Assembly (NCBI GenBank): GCA_973895155.1
Contig: OZ316894.1
Coordinates: 23,186,709-23,250,708, forward strand
Reading direction: 5' to 3'
Source of the DNA: Marsupella aquatica
Taxonomy: Eukaryota; Plantae; Marchantiophyta
DNA length: 64,000 bases
Shown: positions 50,880 to 63,660 of the stretch, in pieces
Numbering within the stretch: the first letter of the stretch is position 1
How the letters are laid out: the number at the start of each line of letters is the position of its first letter
Translations under genes and position numbers: made by a program
The notes under the pieces: generated by a model
The model's database searches: none
Told to the model about the DNA's origin: nothing
Seen by the model: the letters and a program-made list of their open reading frames with translations, nothing else

Positions 50880-53484
50880 ATGGAGAATCAGGACTGCCAT
50901 CGTTACGGTTGTTGTCATCCGCGGGATCCCGTGCGTAACTCCTCTCCCTTGGAAATTTCTGTTGTTCTGAGGGCTGGATGGTGCGGTCATGCTTTCGATT
51001 GATTGATTAGGCCGAGTAAAGTTAGCTGTATGCGTTACTCCTCACCCTTCAACACCTCTGGTGTTTTGAGGGCTGGATGGTGCTGTCGTGCATTCGATTG
51101 ACCGTTTAGGCCGAGAATAGACATATGACGACAGGAACCTAATTAAACTTCGCAGAAAGGAACATTATTTGTTTTAGTATGCTTGCGGGAAAGTGTCTGT
51201 CAAAGGGTGTGAATCCTACATTGATGTCGATCCTAGACCCCGCCGAAAAGAGTTACAATGACCACAGCAGGAGTTCAGATCAGTGTATGAATTTGGACTT
51301 GATCTACTGTTTTGACCTCGCAAACTTCGGGGGGGAGCCGGGGCGGGGGGATGCCTGGTCGCTGTTCTCGTTATCCATTCAGTTTAGGTGAATCTGAAAT
51401 TCTTGCAACTTTTTCACTACTGTCGCTTGACGGGTTTCACTCTTGCTTTCTGCAGGGTCACGGGAGTTGACCGGTGCACTAGACCTTGTAACCCACTACG
51501 GCCTGCAAGACATATATGATCACTTTTGCAGAAATCCCTTACACGTTTCCATTGCCGACTCGCCTTACATCAAGCAGGTTGTTGGACAAGATGAGTTCCG
51601 CAAGGGAGAAGGAATGGAGTTGGGGCAAACGAGAGCAGTTTCGGCCGAGTCGTCCAATCAAGTCTTCAGCGTTCAAACTTTTGATCTGCAGATGTTGCAA
51701 TGGGCTTTTACGCTGCGCGAGACGGGGCTTATAGAATTACCTGAAGTGAGTTCATTCTGTCCAGAAGAAAAATTTAACCAAATGAAGCAATATTTGACCG
51801 TCTTCGTTTCCAATGTGCACGGTCTGTTCTTCGTTCCTTGTACATTCTGCACGACTTTGGACGGAAGAATTTGCTGGTCGTGGTACACATTTTACCAGAA
51901 GTCATCGTTACTCCTTTAGACGTCCAGTATGTATAGTACGCTCATCGAAGGCGAGCCAAGTTTTACTTGGGGCAAGTCGGAGGTAGAAATTATGACTATA
52001 GACTGTTCGGCTGCTGCAGGAAATATCAACCTAGTTCTCACCAGTTTTTACACATTTAGTCTGTGGCCGCCATCAAACAGATCGTATTTTGTCGATACAA
52101 TTGGGAATAATGTGATCTTTGGTTGTGCCGATATTTGTGCCTGGTAGCTCACCCTGAAATTCGGTATGATAGACGAGAGAATTAAATTACCGTCTCCCCA
52201 GTCTCTGGCTCCAGGAGAGGGCTTGCAATGTTTAAAGCTTTTCCCCTTGATTTCCTAGAAGTGATTGTGTATATTGATATAATTCTATCCCGATGATATT
52301 TCATTTTTCCTCGCGCTAATGTTTTGTGCGGCTATGTTGCCGTTCCTGATTACAGGATGACAAGGGGCTCGGAACTGTGTGTGGTAACTCGAAAGATGAT
52401 AAAGACAAGAAGCACAGGAAGAAACACAAAAGACATAAGCACCGGGATAAAGAGAAGGATGACAAGGATGCAGAAACGGATGCTGTAAAGGTGGAGTACG
52501 AGGAGGATCATACTAAGAAGCATCGAAGAAAGGTGGGAGCTCGCACAAGTCTCATTTTCCACAGCACACTTATCAGGTTTCGCAACTTGTTGTACTAAAC
52601 TGTTGTTAGGGTACTATTTTCGTCTTCACCAAGCTTGAATTCGGAGTGAAAGTTTCTCTCATTAATGCATTCTAGATGCAGAAGAGGAAACAAACCGAAC
52701 AGCAACCGGATGGCGATGGTCACAAGCATAAGAAAAAAAAGGTACAACGTTTGAATTATCATGGTTTTCAGTTGAGGTCTTCTCGTAGTCTGTTGCTTGC
52801 ATCTTGGGTCGATGACGATTGTTTCTGACAAGGGCAGGTCTCACAAACCAAAGAATAGCTAATACCTGCCATGCGTCAAATGACTACCGTTCATTGCTAA
52901 AACTTGTCGAAAGTGGGAGTGGGATTGTAATGGGTAATCCGGTAGAGTGAATGGTTTTAGTAATTAAACACTGAAAACCGTAGCAGATTTTTCAGAAGGC
53001 ACTCAGTTCAGTAACAAGCGGTGGAAGGTACATACTTATGTAGCTAGTGCCTATTAAATTTACAGCTTGTTTGGTGCCCTTGAAGAGTTTGTCCAGAGTT
53101 GTTTTCTTACCAGTTGCTAAACGTGGAAGGACAGTAATTACCCATGTATTGTTTACAATTCACTCGTAAGTTTTTTCTTTGGCTACATCACATCGACTAT
53201 ATTAGCTAATCATATGTTCATCAGTCTTTGTGGTAGAGAAAGTAATTTTGGTTTTCTTTGGAATGTCATTGAAGGCTTGCATGACCCACTCATTGACATC
53301 GACGATCACATGTAATGAAATGTAATCTTACGTAACAACTGTGTTCAAGGCGATCTATTGTAAACCATTCTAGATCTGTTGGCACCTTCTCACAGCTCTT
53401 AGGCTCTCGATTTTGTCCCTTTCCGTGCAGCATAAGCATTCATCCAAGACTGAAGGCTTGGGAGTTGTGAAAAATCGGAAATAA
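50880..53484 (+). CDS. MED19: Mediator of RNA polymerase II transcription subunit 19 (exons 50880-50907 tentative, 51456-51745, 52356-52532, 52676-52741, 53431-53484)
   Basis: SRELTGALDLVTHYGL..YDHFCR.PL..SIADSPYIKQVVG..EFRKGEGMELGQ...FDL..L..AFTLRETG, followed by a K/H-rich tail (KDKKHRKKHKRHKHRDKEKD...HKHKKKKHKHSSK), matches plant MED19. The first exon is uncertain. Confidence 0.88.
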
Positions 53485-55396
53485 ACATTTGAAGGACTTT
53501 TCATAAATGGGGTGTCCCCGCCCGTGAAAGAGGAGGGGAGTTTGCTTAATCCTGGAAAGGTGGTGTCTGATCCCTTCTTCAGGTATATTCTGATTCCGTC
53601 ATTCGTACTTTCAACTCGCTTGACCCATTTAGACTTGCAAACGCAAGCGGTGTATGTCTCTAAACCGGAGAAACCTAGGGGCTGTCTCCAGGTTCTATAA
53701 AATTTCTCTTAAATTGGACCATCAATTCTTTTGTGTAATCTCTTGAGAGTTTTCTCGTAGGGCATTTTACTGAACTCTCCATTTTATACACAAGAATTCC
53801 TGGACTTGTGTCATGAAGAAGACTCTTTCTGGTAGATACCATATCGCTGCTATACTTCACAGCGCCAGCTCACTTTCCAGGTTTTTTTGTTGATTCATCG
53901 CACAATCCCGGATCCAGATCCTTGTTTAGGTGCATATTATTTTATAATGTTCAGATGTTCGTCAATCTACGTCACCTTGGTTTGTAACTTGTTTGCTCTG
54001 TTGATGTAGTAGTTTCCAGGCACAAAGCAAGAGTGGCTGAAGACTCTGGATGACATTTTGTGTATGATCAAGGCAGCAGCTGTCAATTCTAGTTGTAAAA
54101 GATCTTGCAAAGGTCTACCATATGGTGTTACACTGATTCGCCTTATAGCATGTAACTTTCTAGGTACTTAATTTTTTCCACTTGAAACTCCAGACCATAG
54201 ATGCCTTCAGCAGGGCTTTATCTGCTCTAATTGAAAAGCCTTCACGGATCTTCAGCAACCATGCTTTCTCTTTTCCATTGTGTTGATGTCAAGTTTACTC
54301 CAAGACTACGGGAAAGAATGGATTTGTGGATTTCATTGGGATTGCACATCAGACACAAATTACCTTTGCTGTGTTGCTGCCCTTCATTAGAATCTTCGAG
54401 TGTTCAATCACGTAACGACTGATTTTCATCACATCAGCAGGTCGGTTGTCTCCAGGTTGTTATAGCCATGTTCGACTTAAAGTGGGGACAAAGTTCTGAT
54501 GGGCAGTTTCCCACTTCTCTGCGGTTTCTATACTTATCTGTAAGGTCGAGCAGTGAAATTCTTAGCGACTAGTATGAAACTAGTTTCATGCCGCACCTAA
54601 ACAATAGATGGCTCTAGTACATTCCGTCGCAGGGCAAACATGGAAGCATCTTTTGGTAAGAATTTTCACTTGGAAACACCCCGGTCGCCACTATCTACCA
54701 TACTATTCTTTAAGTGATCCACTTCGTCCGGATTTTGCCATGCTCCTAAAACTCCAGAACGTAGTTATACCGAGGTTTGTGGACCTTTCCAACTCATCTG
54801 TGACAAGCTCGATGGGCTTGTTGCCAACGTAGAGTCGATGGTACCCAACACGGGGAACACCTACATCCACCCCTGTTTTGATCTTTCATGAAGGTTTCCC
54901 TACCATCCACCTGTATTCCAATGTGAGTAATCAGTCACTGAAGTCATATGCCCTCTCCATATCACACATGCTGCCAACCTTTGAGAAGCATTCTGCACAA
55001 ACATCCGTGCCTCACCGCCCAAAGGGCGAAGGGAAATCCCGGTAACTTGTCCCTGACAGAATTCTACCAATACATGACAGAAAAGTGGGATAATACACTC
55101 ACATCTATAAGACAGTGATTGCACATCAGAATCTCAGCCATTATGAAGAGGGATCTCCCTGTGCAATCAGTACCCTCCAGTATTATAGGACCTTCAAAAC
55201 TTCTGAAACTTTGCAACTCCGTCCGTGACAGTAAAGGCTGGAGAGGTCCACATGTCAACATAGTCAGGTGCAAATTTCTACATGAACTTCAGTCCTTTAG
55301 AGTGTGGATTGTACATTTTGTAGCATGCTAGTTTTTTCTAAAGAGTTTTACCAACACAACAGAAAAGTGGATTGATAAAGTCACATCTACAAACAT

Positions 55397-55750
55397 TTAT
55401 TACGGACCCCACTAGAGGTCCCTTTCAAAATTCCTGGCACCACAGCGTGCCACATCAGCAACAACCGCAACAAACAAGAATGGTCATGTTTGCGCAACGA
55501 ATAAACTCATCTCCATCTTGTTTACGTCGCTTTTCGTGTAATTTTATGGACGCCGTGCCGTCAAAACATAATGTAAAAGTAATTAAAAATAATTTGTCCA
55601 AATCTATTGATACAAAGGGCGAGATTAAAAACATTCACCCATATTCTCTTTACTTAAATTTATAAATGTTTTTTTATAAAAGTAAATAGTGCTCAACATT
55701 GAAAATAACAGTATTCCTGTGTAACTGCCGAAATAAAACCGTCAGAACAA
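55397..55750 (-). mobile_element. Dispersed ~355-bp repeat, copy 2 (same family as 4307-4665)
   Basis: ttacggaccccactagaggtccctt..aaaat.cctggcaccac...ctattgatacaaagg...gattaaaaacattcacccat...aaaaccg.cagaacaaa is shared with copy 1. Confidence 0.6.
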
Positions 55751-57371
55751 ATTCCCTAAACATTCACTTAATACAAAATCCTCAGCTACAGAGGACAGGA
55801 ATAATCAGATGCAATTAATAACCCCCAGTACTTTAGGAACCGCAAAACGTTAGAAACCTTTGCAACTCTGGCCCTGACCGTAGGGACTGGTGAGGTCCAA
55901 CTGTCAACATAGTTAGTTGCAAAATCCTAAATAAACTTCAATCCTTAGCGTGTGTTGTATGTGAATTGTGCATTTCATAAAACGTCTAACCTGCACTAGA
56001 CTGCAAACTACTTTTCTACAATAAACCTTTTGAACTGCAGCTTCCACAGTAAACGGGCCTGCCTCTAATGGACCACTGTTAATTTGCCTAAATGAAGAGT
56101 GGACCTGCTTTAAAGATTGTTTTTTGATAATTTTCTTAGCAAATGTTACAGATGCTGTTTTTTGTGTTATCTCGTGTACATATAAATTTTGGGCTATAGA
56201 TCATCCATTATGCTGAGTGAATGTGATGACAAGGATACCCCAATATTGAGATTTACTTCATCGCCACTCTTTTTGCTTCATCACTATGTCCCCATATTTT
56301 CTGACTGCTGGCATAGCAAAGTAACTCTAGTTGGCTTAAAACAATTTGACAATCCTCGGATGGCCGTCCTTGTCCTCTATGATCCTAATGTCAACACCCT
56401 TTCCAACCCTTGACATTGGGTTGGGTCCTTACTTTGCTCCTGCCCTAACCTGCTCAGCCCCCTCTGGTTGGTTGCCCCACACCCCCTCCTCCATGGTCAA
56501 GGGTGCGAGAGGGTATTGAGGGTAAGTTGATAACAGTGACAACTGTCTGACGATGAAAACCAGAAGGATATTGACCACTCTGATCATTCCAAGCTAACCA
56601 AAGTTGCTTTGCTTAATTGGCCACGGAAAAAGGTGGCAACTTCATAATGAAACTAAATTGTGGCAAAGTATCTAATTGGACAACAAAAAAGAGTGGCAAT
56701 AGACTTATCCATAACCTCAGAGGTTTTGCATGTGTCAGCATTTCTTATTGGAAAACTTAATTTGGAAAACATTTTTTCATTGATTGGGTTTTTTCATTGT
56801 ATGCCACTTTTAGTAAAAAAAGTGCGCCACCAGATCATGCCTGGTTATGCAAGTTTGGGGATAGGTTCTTTTTTGAAAATGTTTTGCAATATTTGCACAA
56901 CAGTACTCACAACCTTTGGGGACAGGTCTAATGTAATAAACCTCACTACCCAACAATTCAGTAAAATCAACAATACAGTAAAATACAACAATTCACTACA
57001 AAAACACAGTATGCTCTGTCACATACGCCATTGTACCACCGTATACGTGAATTCCACGGGTTCCCCGAGTACTTATACCGTACAGAAACGAGTGGTTTAG
57101 ATATACAGTACAGTCTACGGCATCACCGTCGTTACAGGTGGACATTCTGTCTTGTTCTCCGTTGCTCTGTTTCATCCTCTTCTGTACAGTTCCCATCCGT
57201 TTCTCCGTCCGTCCGTCCGTCGGTTCTCAAATCCGTCCGTCCGGGACATCGTTGGTGGCGAAGGGGTCTTCGAGGCACACACGAGAAACAGGAGGAGCGA
57301 GCGAACAAATTAATTAATGGTGTGATCGAGAGAAAGAGGAGAGGCGAGATTCGTGAGAGGCAGAGAAACAG

Positions 57372-57396
57372 AGGAGGAGGAGGAGGAGGAGGAGGA
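57372..57396. repeat. (GGA)n microsatellite in a probable 5'UTR exon; nearby (CCGT)n and (CCCT)n tracts
   Basis: About 8 GGA units seen directly; a donor-like GTGAGA lies at 57429. Confidence 0.7.
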
Positions 57397-58431
57397 GACG
57401 GGAACTCGTTTGAGATAGATACTGGTCGGTGAGACGGACGGACGGGTGAGCAGACAGGAAGAGAAGGCAGGAAGCGAAGGGTAGGCGCAGAGAACGAAGG
57501 AAGGAGAATGAACGCATGAAGAAGAGGGCGAGATTGCCTTGAGCATCCATGAGAAACAGTGCCGTGGTGATCCCCAATGGATCCGACGTCCTCAAAAGTT
57601 TCCAACAACAATTCTGGAGACCAAGAAGAATGGGGTTTGTTTCTCACACTTTTTCTTGTCTCGCTCGCGTCGTCATTTGCGTTGTGCTTGCTGTCCCTCC
57701 CTCCCTCCCTCCCTCCCTCCCTGGCCGGCAGAAGTAGTTTAAAACATTGTCGAATTCGGCAGCGTGGATGGTGTGAAGGGTCACTGTTTGTCCTTTTGTT
57801 TTCATTCTGGTGATGGAGAACGACATGGGGTTGAATCTGAGACGGACGATCCGTCGTCCGATGTCTTTTCTTTTGACTCATCACCATGTGTTAGTCTGTG
57901 GGGGGTGTTTTCAAATGACCGTTGTACTACCGGCTTCTGAAGGTGCTCGTAGAGCCTTTGATGACGATTATAGAGGCTGGGATAAGCGATCGCCTGGAAC
58001 TTACGAAAAAGAAACCGTCTCAGAGTCAGGCGTTTGACATTGGATCGGCCAATTTTGATTTGGTGCTGTTAATAATCTCTATTTGACGATCTTGTCCGCA
58101 AACCCTAAATTATGACGTACCTATAATTTGGTTATACCGATCGCATGTCGGTACGTAGACGGGACGAATCACCGGAGTGTTGTCAGTGAAGGTGATGTCA
58201 ATTCAAGATGATCGCATTGCAGTCTTACCAATTTTTGTTTGGTTATGGCTTGCGAATTCTGAGTTCATGACTTGTGCATTGAGAAACCAACATTCTTTTA
58301 AAGCTGCCAATCTGAGTTACCGTATTTGCAGAAAATTTCAGCGGAGGTACATTTTCAATCCTGGATGTATTAATATATCAAGAACAGAATCTTGGTCCTT
58401 TGGACCACACTTGAGAAGTAGTTATCTCATT

Positions 58432-59818
58432 ATGGAGTCGGGTAACAGGCATTGCTCTATGCATTTTTTCGTCTTGTGAGTTTTCTGTCAAGTTAGGAAC
58501 AGCCTTCTTGAATTCATTAGAGGTCAGCGTCAAGATTTATCCACTATCCAGTGGGGAACTCTTCATCGTTCACCTAGCTTCGTTTCCAAGAATGGTCTGG
58601 TGGAGCCTTTTCTTTGTACCACATAGCCGCTGTGCTATTTTTGCCTTGCTTGAGCATCTGTGAGAGATAAGATGGATAGTAAGGATCCAGGATATCGATT
58701 GCTCCGCTTTAAACACCACCAAAATCTCCCTTCACTGTCATTATCCAGAAAAGGTTCTATGCATGTAGTTATTCACATTGAAACCCTGCACAGAAAATAG
58801 CTGGGACAAGCGGAAACTAAATCATCACATTTGGGGTTGCTAGTTCGATTAATATCGAAAGAATAGGTTCAGGATCCTATCTCTGTAGGTACCCGGGTTA
58901 CTCAATTCTGCGGTTAAAGAAGAGTCTGGTCTGAGATTTGAGGGTTTCCAGCTCTGAAGACTTGTCGAGGAGAGTAAATAGTGAAACTGGATTGGCAACG
59001 CGGACTCTGAATTATTGCTGAACATTAGCAGACATTATTCGCCTCCCTGGAGCACTCTCTCTTTGCAGGATGATTACATTTTTAGAGTTGAAGACAATGA
59101 TAATATGGCCCGAGTTCAAATTCTGCCTTTCAGTCATTGTTGTTTTCTTTGTAGTTGTAGTAATTCCTACTTAATCCTGTATATGATATGATATCCAGAT
59201 GCGGACGGATTTGAGATACCGAGTTTAAACACAGGCAAGCCAGCACCGAGTCGAAAAGAGAGGTTGGAGTCTGAGAAGTCTTCAAGGGCAGCATTTGAAA
59301 AAGTAAGCTATTCTGGCTTTCATTTGAAAGATTCGTCCTCGTGAATTGGAGAACAGATCGTAAGGGTCTGCAAGGCTCAACTGTACCTTCGGTATGGCAT
59401 GGATGGATGGTCTCTAAGATTTTGGCATAGAGATTTTCCTCTTATGAAGACGATTTATGGATTTGCTTAGTTTCATGTGCACCTGATTTAATATTTGGCC
59501 TATGGTAACACCTGAAGAGCAAACGAAACTGATTCATCTTGTGGATGATTGTTGTAGGTGAAAAGTAAACCCGAGAACATTTATTTGGGGCCCCATGGAG
59601 CTCCACCTAAGGCCCAAGATGCATCAAACCCTACGAATAGAAAACAGAAGCTGAAACACAAACTAAAGGACGCTGAGAGGAAGGGAACAATTCTGGGCCG
59701 CGAAAATAAGGTCGAGGTCATTCGTGATTTGATGGGTGGGAAAGCTGTTTCTTCGGAACCATCTGAGGGCTGGCTTGAGGCATATTGTCATGAAAATCAG
59801 TTTGAGAGGTCTAAGTGA
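58432..59818 (+). CDS. Small (~124-aa) uncharacterised plant protein (exons 58432-58441 tentative, 59199-59302, 59558-59818)
   Basis: Spliced product MESDADGFEIPSL...ENIYLGPHGAPP...NRKQKLKHKLKDAERK...GRENKVEVIRDLMGG...WLEAYCHENQFERSK with clean GT-AG sites. The motifs resemble, from memory, a conserved land-plant protein of unknown function. Confidence 0.75.
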
Positions 59819-61087
59819 CAGCTTAAAGTGAGGTGCTGATTACTTTGTCTGGGTAGGGAAAAGGGAAGCAAGGTCCCACAAAAGAACAAGCAGCTTCTTC
59901 TTCCATTCCTTGGTCACGGTCCATGGTTTCAAAACAATTGTGGATTTGACAGTGCTGCAAGGAATCTTTCGGTGCAAATGTCGGTTACTGATGTCATGGG
60001 CTTGACGTATTTCTGGCTTCTTCCTAGAAAGGACATTCCACAGCAGTGACAACACACTAGTCAGGAAATCTGGTCTTGTGACTTCCATTTTAATGGATAA
60101 TTTTCTTTCTTTAATTAAAGATCCCCAGTTTTTTGCAAGAAATCTTAATTGTGTAAGTTTACCTCTTTTCTACACATCGTCTTGTTCTACGGAGTACATT
60201 TGTATGCTAGGGGCACTGTGGTGTCTCTAACTTCCGTGACCGGGCTGAGCATTGCAGATTAGCTGAAAAATGGATGCCAAACAGATCGACATCATTCTGG
60301 ACCATCAACGGCTCGGGGACATGAAGTTGCCACCCAAGAAGATATGTTGACCTTCGTCGGGTTAAACAAGGACATGCACACACACACACCAAAAATCTGT
60401 AAGGCTTGCAGCGTTCGACAGGATGAGAGGAAGTTATAAGGACTGGACTTTAGGACGTTAAACTGTTTCAAGTCAGAATGGTGAAGGGCACTGGGCTTTA
60501 GGACGTTAAACTGTTTGAAGTCAAGAACTCCTTGAAGACATTGGCATATAATAGTACATCACAGGTCCTCTGGCTTAAGAGCAAATTGTTAATGTAGACT
60601 GCAACTCCAAGTGCTGCTTTGAGAAGTAACAACTCATTAATTTTTTTGACGCTGTTATGGACCAAGCTATTTCGCTGGGATTTTGAGTGTGTATTGTGAG
60701 CGTCAATTGGTATAACTTGAAATAACGCTCAGGAAGTAATGGATGGGTCAGGAGAGGCAGACTTGGTTAACCTAGAAAACTAACTCAGCCCGGAGGAGGT
60801 TTCAAACGAGACCACCTTAGTCCCCGACACTGGAGAGACTTGAAATCATGAACCCAGTCAGACGGAGAGTTCCACTTTCCAGCAGTCCATGATTCGGCTC
60901 CACCAAATTGCCTGAGGGATGGGTTAGACCTTCTCCACAACGGGAACACACTTGAATCCTGTATCTCGCGAAGTTTGGATGACTCACATCGAAGGCAACA
61001 CTTCACAACAAGCTTCCAAAACATGGCAAGCCTCGAATAGATCTTCGTTCTCGACAATTCGGCCCTTCAGCTTCACACAATACCCTG

Positions 61088-61999
61088 ATGGACGGGGACC
61101 AAAGGCGAAAGAACATCCGAGTAAGAGGGCAATTTGGATCGATTAACGTTCGAAATCTTGATTACACTCATGCCCCTGAGACGAGCCCTGAGATAGCACA
61201 ACAGCCGAGAAGGAAAGTCTCTTTGTCAACTATACGACCCCTTGATTACATTCATGCACCAGAAGCTTCCTCGCACCCAAGAAGACATTCATTCTCTGCC
61301 GGACTGCTTGATTACATTCATGTACCTAAACCGCCTCGTAGGGAATCTTCATCCTCTAGTGCGAGACCCCTTAATTACATTCTTGCCCCAGAGCCTTGCT
61401 CCTCACAACCTCCACCAGCAAGAAGTAAATATTCCTTTTCTGTTCGACCCCTTGATTACATTCACACACCTGAACAACCAGCTAGGAGGCATTCTACTAC
61501 CGATATCCTTGATTACACGCGTATACCTGAACCACCATCTAGAGAATCCCCATCCTCTGCTGCTCAAACCCTCAATTACACTAGGCATTCCTACACTGAT
61601 TTCGTGAGAAGGGATCCCAATAGTCGATATCTTGATTATATGAATGGTGGTAAGTCTTCCGAGCAACCTCCACAGGCTGCAGGTAAATGGTCATCTTCCA
61701 GAGTTCGACCTCTTGATTACACTCAATGCCCAGATACATCCCAAACTGACAGAATCCGAAGGACAGCTTCACTTCCTAGCGCCCGTGCCATTGATTACAC
61801 TGCATCGCCTCCACCGGTCAGAAGGACGCGTTCAGCCTGCAAAGTTCGAGCTCTGAATTTCATGCACAACTATGGGAACTCAGAGCATGTTGCAAACGTG
61901 AGAAGCAGGTCATCACTGTCCAATATAAGAATTATTCCTGATAAGCAGGACTACAATTATCCTGATCAGGATGACTATACCGTCAATCGCCCCAATTAA
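61088..61999 (+). CDS. 303-aa disordered Ser/Arg/Pro-rich protein with ~11 (R)xL(D/N)Y repeats
   Basis: Open ORF with repeated peptide units (e.g. IRPLDYIHAPE, VRPLDYIHTPE, VRPLDYTQCPD). The peptide motif is conserved while the spacer DNA diverges, and indels keep the frame. Confidence 0.7.
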   Translation: MDGDQRRKNIRVRGQFGSINVRNLDYTHAPETSPEIAQQPRRKVSLSTIRPLDYIHAPEASSHPRRHSFSAGLLDYIHVPKPPRRESSSSSARPLNYILAPEPCSSQPPPARSKYSFSVRPLDYIHTPEQPARRHSTTDILDYTRIPEPPSRESPSSAAQTLNYTRHSYTDFVRRDPNSRYLDYMNGGKSSEQPPQAAGKWSSSRVRPLDYTQCPDTSQTDRIRRTASLPSARAIDYTASPPPVRRTRSACKVRALNFMHNYGNSEHVANVRSRSSLSNIRIIPDKQDYNYPDQDDYTVNRPN

Positions 62000-62423
62000 T
62001 TTCCAGGGACACGAAATTCAAGGGAGAACTTCAGCTCATTTTGGTAATTTCCAAGCTTACTCCACTGGAGCTCACTTTGAAAATAAATTATGTTTTTTTC
62101 CCACATGCATGAAGTTCAGGGTTACGCAGCAATAGTGCCTGCAATGAATTCTGGTTAGAACCAACCCCTAGACAGGGCAATTCCATATATTGAAATGTAT
62201 AACACTGAAATGCGCACTTTTTCTGGTGGGCAGACAAGTCAGGTTTGCTTGCTTTCTAGCCAAAGGAAGAACGCATGATTGAGACTTTTTCTTTTTTCTT
62301 TTTTCTTTTAATTTTTTTAAGAGGAGATTTGTGAAACTTCACAGAAAGAGAACATTTAAATTCTAGACCTATGAGTCTTAACTCAAGCTAACTACCACAC
62401 AACCCCATGACTCTCTGGGCTTG

Positions 62424-62602
62424 CATGATTGAGACTTACCTAGGCTGATCTTTAAATAATTTTAATTGGGGAAACCTCATCCCAAGCTACCTTGGAAATA
62501 TTAATTCGAGTGAAAGGAAGAATTCATGATTGAGACTTACCTAGACTGATCGTCAAATAATTTAACTGGGGAGACCTCATCCCAAGCTAGCTTGGAAATA
62601 TT
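62424..62602. repeat. ~100-bp tandem duplication
   Basis: catgattgagacttacctag.ctgatc...aaataatttta..tgggga.acctcatcccaagcta.cttggaaatatt occurs twice. Confidence 0.7.
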
Positions 62603-63214
62603 GGAACTCAACGAACGGATACTTCCTGTGCCATCCACTCACTGCAATTTCCTGTGCATCACAAGCACATGCATCTTGTGTGCCATTTTCTTCTAGGCGA
62701 TCCAATAATACAAAGGAAAACCTTGAGAAGCCAGAAGCCAAGCAATCCAGTTCCAGCCTTGCCACGGATCACGTGACTGAGGTTCTGTCTAAATCTCCAA
62801 GATACGGCAGTGCACCATGACAGCTCGAGAGATAAAGCCATAAGCTAAGTCACTGCTTTGTACCGTGGACGGTGGTTGATATACCTCTGCGCGAGTGTGA
62901 GGCACTAAATCTACTGGATTCTGCCGTGTGTTCAGCTCAAAGCGAACTATTCTTTCGCCTTTTACTAAAGAATACCGTGCGCGGGACACAAACACGGCAT
63001 ACACGAATATTTTGGATTGCTCTTCAGTGAGTGCCACCCAATTCAAACAAGTAGGACTCTTGATTCCCATGTACTTGCGATCCTCAAACAGTGACTTGAT
63101 GTTCTTCAATCCCCCCAAAACATGACTTGGTGTTCTTCAATTAGCACTAGCCTGAATACCCGACCTTTGCATTCCCAGGTAGCCAGCTCCAGCTACTCAA
63201 TGTCCTCTTAATAC

Positions 63215-63660
63215 CCCCAGTCTAGTTCAGACTTGAATTTAACAATATCCTGGTTTGAATGTTATTAACCCAGTCTAGTTCATACTTGTATTCAATCTTG
63301 AGTCACTTGAATTTTAACAATCTCCTGGTTTGAATGTTAATAACCCAGTCTAGTTCAGACTTGTATTCAATCTTGAGTCATGTGCATATTCACCCCACAA
63401 TCCCCTTGTAATTTTTCACGCCCACCCCAATTTATGGGTCTAGTTCAGACTTGTATTCAATCTTGAGTCACTGTGCATACTCACTCCACAGTCCCCTTGT
63501 CATTTTTCACTCCCACCCCAATTTTTGGTTTCCTCCCAGAGTCACTGTCTAGAAGACTTGCTTTCAATCTTTAGTCACACCACTCACCTCACAGCCCCCT
63601 TGTCATTCATTTTCCGCCCCCACCCCAATTTTTGGTTACCTCCAGAGTCATGGTCTAGAA
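63215..63660. repeat. Compound degenerate tandem repeat
   Basis: gtctagttcagacttgtattcaatcttgagtca at about 63220, 63273, 63348 and 63438, with cccttgt.attttt..c.cccaccccaattt units to about 63640. Confidence 0.7.

Noticed and set aside
57031-57887. 251-aa minus and 133-aa plus ORFs
   Set aside because: They are built from GGA/CCGT/CCCT microsatellites in a promoter/5'UTR-like region and show no domain-like sequence.
62577-63118. 109-aa minus-strand ORF and its continuation
   Set aside because: It is interrupted by stops, embedded among repeats, and of no recognisable family.
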